Sequence record: OM249648.1
Strand: one strand, 5' to 3'
Length of the DNA stretch: 32,000 nucleotides
Origin: Vibrio phage phiKT1024
Positions 17,728-25,937 of the stretch are shown in pieces (the first letter of the stretch is position 1; every line of letters begins with the position of its first letter). A program made the position numbers and the translations under genes. The notes under the pieces are model-generated. The model made no database searches and was not told where the DNA came from. It worked only from the letters and a program-made list of their open reading frames with translations.

Positions 17728-18077
17728 GAAAAAATATAACAAATATAAAAGATAGTGACATTCAAGAAGGTGATATTATTTTGTGGTCTTGGAATGGTAT
17801 GAGTGGAGAAATGACATATGATTTGACAGAAGTTAAAAATCGATGTGGTGAAAAATTGAAGTTCAATGTTAGAACTTTGGGAACAACTTATAAACATGGT
17901 AATACCAACTTCTTATTTGATATATCACATTATTTAGATAATGAATCATTTGACATATTAAAGATCATTAAAAAAAGTTCAGAACTTCACAAAAATATTC
18001 TCGAATTATATGTTCGAAATGAAAAAGGTGATTCGGAAGATATTTTCCGAAAACTATTCCCGGAGTTATTAATATGA
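17724..18077 (+). CDS. PExxI-tail family protein
   Basis: ATGA overlap; 'EGDIILWSWNG'; ends ...FRKLFPELLI*. Confidence 0.85.
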   Translation: MRKNITNIKDSDIQEGDIILWSWNGMSGEMTYDLTEVKNRCGEKLKFNVRTLGTTYKHGNTNFLFDISHYLDNESFDILKIIKKSSELHKNILELYVRNEKGDSEDIFRKLFPELLI

Positions 18078-18379
18078 TAGAATATTCAAAGGTCGAGTAT
18101 CACGTGAACCTTAAAAATGGAAACATAACCTTTAAAATGTTAACTTCTTCAAGCTCAAGTTCATATGCTCAACCTACTATACCATGTCTTTCATTGTTTG
18201 AAGCTGATTACCGAAGCTTAAATGTCCTTCGACAGAACGCTATAGAAAATGCAGCTAAAGGTATTAGTATGCCAATGATACAAAGGACAGTTCTTGGTCA
18301 AGTTCAGATGATTCGTAGCAAAGACATTGTTCCCAGTATGATAAAATTGAAGAAAAAGTATCCAGAGGAATTTGTGTAA
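18074..18379 (+). CDS. PExxI-tail family protein
   Basis: ATGA overlap; ends ...LKKKYPEEFV*. Confidence 0.85.
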   Translation: MIEYSKVEYHVNLKNGNITFKMLTSSSSSSYAQPTIPCLSLFEADYRSLNVLRQNAIENAAKGISMPMIQRTVLGQVQMIRSKDIVPSMIKLKKKYPEEFV

Positions 18380-18669
18380 TGGAATTAAAGAACTTCAAGC
18401 TTAACGATACGATCATTATTGTCCATGATAGTATATTAAAGGTCGTTATCGTCAAGGGTGTTTCCACAAGTAACGCCTTTGCTTCCGGAATCCTTTTAAC
18501 ATGTCAGGTGGCATATAGTTATCAACAATGCGTAAGATTATTCGATATAGCAATTGACTATGAAGGAAACCCAATCGATTTCGAGTTCCTTAAAGTTGTA
18601 TCCAATTTTAGCTGGTGGACCGACTTTGAATTGTATTGTTCAACACACTATCCAGAGTATTGTATATGA
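18379..18669 (+). CDS. PExxI-tail family protein
   Basis: TAATG overlap; ends ...STHYPEYCI*. Confidence 0.8.
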   Translation: MELKNFKLNDTIIIVHDSILKVVIVKGVSTSNAFASGILLTCQVAYSYQQCVRLFDIAIDYEGNPIDFEFLKVVSNFSWWTDFELYCSTHYPEYCI

Positions 18670-19037
18670 AAGTTGAAGAAGCTGTGTGGCGTGATTTAGA
18701 GGAAGGTGATTTTTTCATATATAATTTCTATTATACAAGAGAAGAATTTGATGATAAGAATTTCCCACCCGGAGTTTTGATTGCTAAAGTTATAGAAATC
18801 ACTCGAAGAACACCACCAACTTCTCCAGATTCGATTACATTTCAAGAATTAATTGGAACTACACGAATATCATCTGGTATCATTACCGTGGCTATTCCTT
18901 CCAATGGTGTTCTTCCAAATATCACTAGTTCGTATGGTTCAGCCTGTGAAATAATAGGGAAGATCGTATTTGAAGCTGGTGAATGTATTGATAATGAGAA
19001 TACATTCGAAGAATTATTTCCGGAGTATTGTATATGA
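18666..19037 (+). CDS. PExxI-tail family protein
   Basis: ATGA overlap, MKVEEAVW start; 'EEGDFFIYNFYYT'; ends ...FEELFPEYCI*. Confidence 0.85.
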   Translation: MKVEEAVWRDLEEGDFFIYNFYYTREEFDDKNFPPGVLIAKVIEITRRTPPTSPDSITFQELIGTTRISSGIITVAIPSNGVLPNITSSYGSACEIIGKIVFEAGECIDNENTFEELFPEYCI

Positions 19038-19354
19038 AATCATGGATAGATGTTGATAAATCACACACATGGGTTTATGTAGTTTTGAAATGTACATGTA
19101 ATGATCGATACGCTAAAAAAACCTCCAGTGCTAAAGTTTTATTTAGGGTATGCAGAGATAAAAATGAATACCATTTTGAACTCGTTAATGTTATGTCAGG
19201 TTATTTTAACAGTATCGGGTTTTCCCTACCGGTTAGTGGATTATGCCCATTTAACCCTACTGTACTAAGATTTTACGACGAAACATTTGAGATTATTGAG
19301 TACTTCGATACATTTGAAGATGTTTCGAGTAAACATCCCGAATATATGATATAG
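19034..19354 (+). CDS. PExxI-tail family protein
   Basis: ATGA overlap, MKSWIDVD start; ends ...SSKHPEYMI*. Confidence 0.8.
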   Translation: MKSWIDVDKSHTWVYVVLKCTCNDRYAKKTSSAKVLFRVCRDKNEYHFELVNVMSGYFNSIGFSLPVSGLCPFNPTVLRFYDETFEIIEYFDTFEDVSSKHPEYMI

Positions 19355-19362
19355 GTGATGAA

Positions 19363-19686
19363 ATGGATGAAGAAAGAGGACCATTTTGGTCGAGTGTTAA
19401 ACTCGGAGATTATATAATGTACGAATACTATACGATCGAAGCATACGATAATATCAAGAATATCAAAGGCTATTTTGTGGCAGAGGTTACTGAGGTTAAT
19501 AACGATTCCATAAAGATTAATGAACTCATTAGCCTAAGTGGTGACGACGTTATTAAATTCGGACTCCCTAAGCACTTATTTAAGGATCGGAATATGTTAA
19601 AACATATGAACGAGAGGTTCTTACTCGTTGGTATTGATGATTCAAAAGAATATTTCCAAATCAAATACCCTGAATACTTCGTATGA
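19363..19686 (+). CDS. PExxI-tail family protein
   Basis: 'KLGDYIMYEYYT'; ends ...FQIKYPEYFV*. Confidence 0.8.
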   Translation: MDEERGPFWSSVKLGDYIMYEYYTIEAYDNIKNIKGYFVAEVTEVNNDSIKINELISLSGDDVIKFGLPKHLFKDRNMLKHMNERFLLVGIDDSKEYFQIKYPEYFV

Positions 19687-19695
19687 GGATAAATT

Positions 19696-19980
19696 ATGGA
19701 TTACTCAAAAATCAAAATAAAGGACATTCCCATAGGTTCTTGTATAATGTACACACTTGCTAATAGTAATACATACATCGCTCAAGTCAAAGATTATACA
19801 AATGACGAAAATGGTGAATACTTTCACTTAGATGACTTGATAAGTATCGACGAAGGTGGGTGGCTTAGTAACGATTTAGCAATACCTCAGTCCTATATCG
19901 AAAATGGTAGGTTTAAAATTATACACATGGGGAAGGACATTAAATCATTTCAAGAAAAGTATCCAGAACATTTTATATAG
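19696..19980 (+). CDS. PExxI-tail family protein
   Basis: 'PIGSCIMYTL'; ends ...FQEKYPEHFI*. Confidence 0.8.
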   Translation: MDYSKIKIKDIPIGSCIMYTLANSNTYIAQVKDYTNDENGEYFHLDDLISIDEGGWLSNDLAIPQSYIENGRFKIIHMGKDIKSFQEKYPEHFI

Positions 19981-19992
19981 AAGGAGACACAT

Positions 19993-21531
19993 TTGAACCA
20001 AAATAATTTAGCAATAACTAAAACTCATAAGCTAAATGAATCATACTCAGCAATAGAATCTACACCTCAAAATATTGAAGCAATGTTTGAATATTTGAGA
20101 GTCGAGCGCCCTGGAGCATATTTTGATAATCTCGTTAAAGCAGGTTTTAAATCACCATATGATTACTTTGGACGAATCCAACATGGAAAATTACTAGTTT
20201 TAAATGGCCATCTTCAACTCCTAAAAACGTTTGGGGCTACATATCATCAATCCGAAAGTGATTACACCGAATCAGATATTGATGAGTTCTTATGTGATGT
20301 GAAGAAAATACTTCCATTTGAACCATATGATTTTCAAGAAAAGGCATTTCGTGAATCGTTATTAAATACCAAGCAGATTAATAAAATGTGTACATCTTCT
20401 GGTAAGTCAATGACGATCTCACTAATTGCTGAGTTTTTTAGACGTAGAGGAAAGAAAGGCTTATTATTAGTTCCTAACATTAACCTGTTGACTCAGTTCA
20501 AGAATGATATTGAGGATTACAATTTAATCGACCTTCATGATGATACTCACACGATTGGTGGTGGTAATTCTGATCGACATTTTAATAAATCTTTGACGAT
20601 CTCAACTTGGCAATCCCTACAGGAGAAGTTTGCATCAGATCTAAAACTCGATGAGCTTGATTATGTAATATGTGATGAAGCACATAGGTTTGCATCTGAA
20701 GTCACTTCGGATATTGTTTCAAAGACTATCAACTGTAAATACAAGTGGGGGTTTACCGGAACACTTCCAGAAAACCCAGTTCAGAAGATGCAATTAATTG
20801 GTTTATTTGGATTACCTAAAACATACATCACGTCTCGTGAGCTAATTGAAAGGGGTTTAGCGACACCCATAAACATAAACTCTGTCATATTTAAATATAG
20901 TCAAACAGATAAAGCATTGTTCAAAGAGTCCGGTGTTTATACTAAACAACTTGTTTTTATAAAGGAACACGAGAAACGCAACGAGTTCATTGTTAACCTT
21001 TCGTGTAGGTTAAGGGATAAGGGAAACACGCTCACTCTATTCCAACACACTGAACATGGTAAGCTCCTATTTATGGACATAATGAAGAAGCTTTATCCAG
21101 ATGTTGATGTTGCCAACAAGGACATTACTGGTAAGAAGTCTTTTGAGTTTCAGGAGAAATATGGCATATACTTCTTAAATGGAGAAGATGACGCCAAGAC
21201 ACGTGAGAAAACTCGTCAGATTCTAGAAAACCATGAAGATGCAATACTCATTGCAAACTATGCGATTCTATCAACTGGTGTAAACATTAAGAAACTTCAC
21301 AACATGGTACTCGCTTCCCCTCTGAAAGCATACACTACAGTGACTCAGTCCATTGGTCGTTTGATGAGGAAACATCCATCTAAATCGGAAGCTAACATTT
21401 TTGATCTTGTCGATGATTTCGGGTATCGGAAGCCAGGCGGGATCTTCTTTAAGCAATATCAACATAGAAAGGCCACTTCTTATAATCCAGAAGAATATCC
21501 GGTCAAAGAAGTTGAGATGGCACTGTATTGA
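19993..21531 (+). CDS. uvsW: UvsW-like RNA-DNA/DNA-DNA SF2 helicase, TTG start
   Basis: 'QINKMCTSSGKSMTISLIAEFF', 'GLLLVPNINLLTQF', 'HTIGGGNSD', 'YVICDEAHRF', 'GFTGTLPE' and 'VTQSIGRLMRKH' parallel T4 UvsW. Confidence 0.88.
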   Translation: MNQNNLAITKTHKLNESYSAIESTPQNIEAMFEYLRVERPGAYFDNLVKAGFKSPYDYFGRIQHGKLLVLNGHLQLLKTFGATYHQSESDYTESDIDEFLCDVKKILPFEPYDFQEKAFRESLLNTKQINKMCTSSGKSMTISLIAEFFRRRGKKGLLLVPNINLLTQFKNDIEDYNLIDLHDDTHTIGGGNSDRHFNKSLTISTWQSLQEKFASDLKLDELDYVICDEAHRFASEVTSDIVSKTINCKYKWGFTGTLPENPVQKMQLIGLFGLPKTYITSRELIERGLATPININSVIFKYSQTDKALFKESGVYTKQLVFIKEHEKRNEFIVNLSCRLRDKGNTLTLFQHTEHGKLLFMDIMKKLYPDVDVANKDITGKKSFEFQEKYGIYFLNGEDDAKTREKTRQILENHEDAILIANYAILSTGVNIKKLHNMVLASPLKAYTTVTQSIGRLMRKHPSKSEANIFDLVDDFGYRKPGGIFFKQYQHRKATSYNPEEYPVKEVEMALY

Positions 21532-21544
21532 TTTTTCTCTTTAC

Positions 21545-21589
21545 AAAAGCTTAGATTTGATTTATGATTAACTCATATTTAAGCTTTTT
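21545..21589 (+). terminator. Possible terminator with long loop
   Basis: AAAAGCTTA...TTTAAGCTTTTT. Confidence 0.5.
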
Positions 21590-21604
21590 GAGAATTTTAT
21601 ATAT

Positions 21605-21916
21605 ATGCGACACGATAAGCTGATCGAAAATGGTTTCGACCATGGTGTATTTGACCGTTCTTTGATATCCGAGGATATATGGTCGGACTATTTCTACAAT
21701 CTGGATCCATTGGATGAAAGTATTACATTCGATACGTTTGAAATTTTTATAACTAGTAATACAATTGAATTCTTCCCGGGTCACAGTGTTGGTCCTAGAG
21801 ATATTCCTTGGGATATAGGTATGTTAATATATTTGGGTGATTTTGATGATAAAGCTCGTGAAAGGTTGTTTAGTGAGTTCGTTAAATTAATGGATCGTCC
21901 GGAGTTGTTAATATGA
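21605..21916 (+). CDS. PExxI-tail family protein
   Basis: Ends ...KLMDRPELLI*; overlaps next gene by ATGA. Confidence 0.75.
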   Translation: MRHDKLIENGFDHGVFDRSLISEDIWSDYFYNLDPLDESITFDTFEIFITSNTIEFFPGHSVGPRDIPWDIGMLIYLGDFDDKARERLFSEFVKLMDRPELLI

Positions 21917-22275
21917 AGTATTATAAACTTATGAATCTTTTTGAGCTTGGCCTTTGTTCAAGGTATGAGTATCGAATCCAAGATCTCGATTTGAATACAT
22001 ACGAAGCACTTCATCAATATCATCTAAGACATTATTACAAATATTCTGAGGACCGTTCACAATTTGGAGATGTTAAATTTGTTGTATTTATTCATGGTGA
22101 TTTCTCACGTTTGGAGTTCTTTTGTAACACGGTAGGTGATTTTTCTAACAATGATGAAGATTTACCCATTGGATTAGTTGGTTTGGATTGTTATCAGGAT
22201 TCTATGAATTTTCGATTAATTACTTTAGTTAAAGCCATTCTTGTATTGGTGGATAAACCAGAATTAATGATATGA
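21913..22275 (+). CDS. PExxI-tail family protein
   Basis: ATGA overlap; ends ...LVDKPELMI*. Confidence 0.8.
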   Translation: MKYYKLMNLFELGLCSRYEYRIQDLDLNTYEALHQYHLRHYYKYSEDRSQFGDVKFVVFIHGDFSRLEFFCNTVGDFSNNDEDLPIGLVGLDCYQDSMNFRLITLVKAILVLVDKPELMI

Positions 22276-22691
22276 GTGTAAATATGAAAACGACGATCCC
22301 AAAAGGTTTAAAATATAATGAACTTGTGAAATTCCTTACCGAGACTGGTTACATTAAGGTGACTAAAGACCAAGTTTTGAGTATCGATAGTCCAATGGTA
22401 AATGTAAATTTGCATTTGTCTAATTTTGCACACAAAGGTGAATTTTGGTATAATCCAGATGAACAAATCGTATTACAAGCTGACCGTGTTAGATTACCTT
22501 TCAAAATACTTATGGTGGTGTATATGCCAGTGTGGTTTATTATTTGTGTTTGTTTCGGCACAAGAGGATTAGTGACTGACTGGATAAATGCATCTAAACC
22601 GGGATATGTTACGGTAGATCGATCTCATTTGGACGATTATGAACACGAGCATTTGTGTAAACTTTTGGGTCTAGATGAATATCTGATATAG
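22272..22691 (+). CDS. Membrane-anchored PExxI-tail family protein (DEYLI variant)
   Basis: ATGA overlap; TM-like 'ILMVVYMPVWFIICVCF'; ends ...LLGLDEYLI*. Confidence 0.75.
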   Translation: MSVNMKTTIPKGLKYNELVKFLTETGYIKVTKDQVLSIDSPMVNVNLHLSNFAHKGEFWYNPDEQIVLQADRVRLPFKILMVVYMPVWFIICVCFGTRGLVTDWINASKPGYVTVDRSHLDDYEHEHLCKLLGLDEYLI

Positions 22692-22699
22692 GTCATATT

Positions 22700-23086
22700 A
22701 TGAAAGACGAAAGACTCGATGATTTCGAGGAATTAAATTTATCAACTTGGAAGTTTTTCCAACATTTACCAAAGGAATACAGAGAACATCTCCCACATAG
22801 ACTGTTCATAAAATTTCGTTTTTATTTTGATTGCGAGGAAGAACAAGTTCATATTGTGTGTCGTTCTCGGTGGTGGACGAAAATCATCATGTTATTTGCT
22901 TTCATTTATTGTCTAATCGTGGATTATGAAAAGCGATATTCATCTTGGTCAACAATCAGATCTATAATTACTGATGAAACGTTTAATACTAATAAAATTG
23001 TTATGGACACGGAGTATTCAACAGTTGAACGTGATATTTTCTTGACAATTATGAAAATATCAGGGAAAGATGAATATTTAATATAG
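22700..23086 (+). CDS. Membrane-anchored PExxI-tail family protein (DEYLI variant)
   Basis: TM-like 'IIMLFAFIYCLIV'; ends ...ISGKDEYLI*. Confidence 0.75.
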   Translation: MKDERLDDFEELNLSTWKFFQHLPKEYREHLPHRLFIKFRFYFDCEEEQVHIVCRSRWWTKIIMLFAFIYCLIVDYEKRYSSWSTIRSIITDETFNTNKIVMDTEYSTVERDIFLTIMKISGKDEYLI

Positions 23087-23095
23087 GAGGTCATC

Positions 23096-23503
23096 GTGAC
23101 TGAAGAAGAATCAGATTTTAAAGAACTTGAAGAGAATTACACTAAGGTAGATATAAAACCCTGGCATTTTCTAAAAATTATAGGCGTTAGAACACCAGTT
23201 TATTTATGGTGTAATATGAATATATTTTATGATGCGGATAAAGGTGTATTTCATATTACAAATGAAGTTAATTTTATAATAAAAATCCTATTATTTTTTA
23301 TTATTCCATTTGTTCTCTTAGTAAGTTTAGCGAAAAAAGATATGGATCCAAAAGTCGAATTAAGTGATTTTGGGAATTTAATTTTCCATAAAGGTTCATT
23401 GAATCAATACCAGGTGGATTCAAATGATTTAGTTAACGACAAAGATGTATATAAAGAATTAATTAAAGTGGTCAGTAAAAAACATCCAGAATTAGTGATT
23501 TAA
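23096..23503 (+). CDS. Membrane-anchored PExxI-tail family protein, GTG start
   Basis: SD 'aggagg'; TM-like 'IIKILLFFIIPFVLLVSLA'; ends ...SKKHPELVI*. Confidence 0.75.
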   Translation: MTEEESDFKELEENYTKVDIKPWHFLKIIGVRTPVYLWCNMNIFYDADKGVFHITNEVNFIIKILLFFIIPFVLLVSLAKKDMDPKVELSDFGNLIFHKGSLNQYQVDSNDLVNDKDVYKELIKVVSKKHPELVI

Positions 23504-23781
23504 TAATCGATCTCATTGTCATCTAGATATCCTTCAATTATATTTTGGACAATCTTTGGTGAACTATGCACATATTCACTTTTCACTGTAAAGATTTCTT
23601 TTAATAAAGAAAGCACTTTCTTTTCGTGCACTCTATCTGGTATAATGTAAACTACCGAAAAGTAGCACTCGGGATTTGCGGTTTTATAAGCTTTAATACG
23701 CTGGTCTGGATTTTTGGTGATTCCAACTTTGCAACGAGAAGTCTTGTCTGGATCGACCAAAATGTACAAATATAAATTCAT
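23500..23781 (-). CDS. GIY-YIG-superfamily T5orf172-like protein
   Basis: 'MNLYLYILVDPDKTSRCKVGITKNPDQRIKAYKTANPE' is typical of the T5orf172/GIY-YIG fold. Start is likelier at the internal Met than the ORF-track start. Confidence 0.75.
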   Translation of the reverse strand: MNLYLYILVDPDKTSRCKVGITKNPDQRIKAYKTANPECYFSVVYIIPDRVHEKKVLSLLKEIFTVKSEYVHSSPKIVQNIIEGYLDDNEIDY

Positions 23782-23821
23782 ATTACCTCTAAAATAATTA
23801 TAATAGGAGTTGATAAAATAG

Positions 23822-24628
23822 ATGACAACATTCATTAATTATCAGGGTTCAAAGAAACACTTCACCAAAAAGTTCAATTATTTAATATCAAATACTAAGC
23901 ATAATACATACATTGAACCATTCGTTGGATCTGGTGCTGTGTTATTCAACCTCGATAAAAGATTTGAACATTATATCATAAATGATTTAAACGAACATGT
24001 GATATTCATGTACAATACATTTAAAACAATATCATACGATGATGTTTTGGATGCAAACAATGACGTGTTGAAAAACTTTGGTGATATCAAACAATCAAAA
24101 GAATCGTTTTATGCATTTCGTGATTTTTATAACGAAAAACATCACTTTTCTAATAATAAAGAGAAAGGTATTTATTTGTATTTTCTAGCCAATTCTTGTA
24201 TTAACTCAATGCTAAGATTTGGACCAAACGGAATGAATTCGTGTTTTGGTGAACGGTTTAAGATTATGACAAAAAATGATTTTGAGCACATTCATAGAGT
24301 TCTCCAAGATACAACGATTCTAAATAAAGATTATCGTGATATTCTTCAGGATGATGCAGTTATATTCCTAGACCCTCCATATTTTGAGCGTCCAACATCA
24401 TATTCAAGTAATTTTGATGCAAAAGATTTGCAATCATTTCTTGATGAAATAAAATCATTAAAATCTGATATCATTTATACAGACATATACTCCGATAAGA
24501 TCCATGACTATCTTAAATGGCCATACCAAGAAACCAAGATTATAACGAATAGCTCACCATACGCATACAACGACAAACATCAAGAAGTAGCCTTTTATAA
24601 CTTTGAGTTACCAAATGATGAATGGTAA
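23822..24628 (+). CDS. dam: DNA adenine methylase (D12/Dam class)
   Basis: 'FINYQGSKKHFTKKF', 'YIEPFVGSGAVLFNL', catalytic 'VIFLDPPYF'. Confidence 0.93.
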   Translation: MTTFINYQGSKKHFTKKFNYLISNTKHNTYIEPFVGSGAVLFNLDKRFEHYIINDLNEHVIFMYNTFKTISYDDVLDANNDVLKNFGDIKQSKESFYAFRDFYNEKHHFSNNKEKGIYLYFLANSCINSMLRFGPNGMNSCFGERFKIMTKNDFEHIHRVLQDTTILNKDYRDILQDDAVIFLDPPYFERPTSYSSNFDAKDLQSFLDEIKSLKSDIIYTDIYSDKIHDYLKWPYQETKIITNSSPYAYNDKHQEVAFYNFELPNDEW

Positions 24629-24755
24629 TTGAAATTGAGTTATAACTAATAATTTTTGATTATATAAAAATAACTCGATATCATCTTCACTTACTAACCA
24701 TAATTAAGAGGATGTTATATATAATAACCCAAAATCAATAAGATAAAGGAAAGAA

Positions 24756-25898
24756 ATGACACACAAACCTATAATTGATACTAAAAATCTGGTACCACCA
24801 AAGAACAAAGAGATGATATTTTTTGGTGAATATTCAGGATTTCAAAGATATGACAATCCAAAGTATAAGTTCGCAGTGAATATGGAAGAACGTCAGCGAA
24901 ATGCTTTCTGGAACCCATCTGAGATTTCTATGAACAGTGATTCTCAAAAATTCTGGGATCTACCAGAACACATTCAAGAAATCATGATTAATGTTTGGTT
25001 ATTCCAAACTCTTATGGATTCAGGACAAAATAAAGGCTTAGAAGAAGTAATGGCTGAACTTTGCACTAATCCAGAGTTTGAAGCGTTATTCAAAACTTGG
25101 GGATACTTTGAGTTAATTCATAGTTTGTCATACTCTCACATTCTTCGAGGTATTTTTGCTGATAGTTCTAAGATCTTCGATAAGATTGCCGAATACCCAG
25201 AAATTCAATCACGTATTGATAGTGAGATTGAGCTTTACTCAAAGATTAAAGATATTGATCAACTTGAAACATTAGAAGAAAAGAAAAAGCTTGTACTTGA
25301 ATTACTCGTTTCGATCTATGCACTTGAAGGAGTTAAGTTCTATGTATCATTCCTAGTAACCTACATTATCAACAACTCTTATAACAATGCAATTGCTGGT
25401 TCGACTCGAATTATCAAATTAATCAACTTCGATGAAGATCTTCATACTGGTATGAGCGCAGGTCTTTTGGATATCCTAAGAAAAGAGAAATCTGAAGGAT
25501 TTTCTGAATTAATGGAAAGTGGCTGGTATCGAGATATGGTAAAAGAACGATTCCAGAAGGTGTACGACCAGGAAATGGATTGGGGACGATACCTATTATC
25601 GATTGGTCAGATTCCTTCTCTCACTGAGAATGTAACAAGTACATTCTTGAAGTATTATATTGATAATCGAGTTCAGAAAATTGGAGTAGATAAGATCTAT
25701 AACCAAGAAAAGACTGATGTTGTTCAATGGTTTATGTCTTATAAGAACTTGAATCTAGATAATGCAGCTCTTCAAGAATCAGATTTGGCAGTTTATTCTA
25801 TTGGTATTATGAAAGATGATATCCCAGAAGGACGAATCGACGAATTTGATGATATTGAAGAATTCCGAAAACTTTTTGAATCAGACGATGACTTATAA
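24756..25898 (+). CDS. nrdB: Class Ia ribonucleotide reductase beta subunit
   Basis: 'FQTLMDSGQ', 'YFELIHSLSYSHI' (Glu-x2-His-x3-Tyr), 'LEGVKFYVSF' and 'NFDEDLHTG' contain the di-iron ligands and radical Tyr. Confidence 0.95.
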   Translation: MTHKPIIDTKNLVPPKNKEMIFFGEYSGFQRYDNPKYKFAVNMEERQRNAFWNPSEISMNSDSQKFWDLPEHIQEIMINVWLFQTLMDSGQNKGLEEVMAELCTNPEFEALFKTWGYFELIHSLSYSHILRGIFADSSKIFDKIAEYPEIQSRIDSEIELYSKIKDIDQLETLEEKKKLVLELLVSIYALEGVKFYVSFLVTYIINNSYNNAIAGSTRIIKLINFDEDLHTGMSAGLLDILRKEKSEGFSELMESGWYRDMVKERFQKVYDQEMDWGRYLLSIGQIPSLTENVTSTFLKYYIDNRVQKIGVDKIYNQEKTDVVQWFMSYKNLNLDNAALQESDLAVYSIGIMKDDIPEGRIDEFDDIEEFRKLFESDDDL

Positions 25899-25920
25899 TG
25901 TGGGGCTATACCCACATTTT
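25897..25920 (+). terminator. Hairpin with T-run between nrdB and nrdA
   Basis: ATGTGGG-GCTATA-CCCACAT followed by TTT. Confidence 0.7.
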
Positions 25921-25937
25921 TAATATAAAGGATAAAA

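Noticed and set aside
15660-23503. Conserved C-terminal tails explained only as a by-product of embedded RBS sequences
   Set aside because: At least nine members keep the tail although the next gene does not start there, so RBS selection alone does not explain it.
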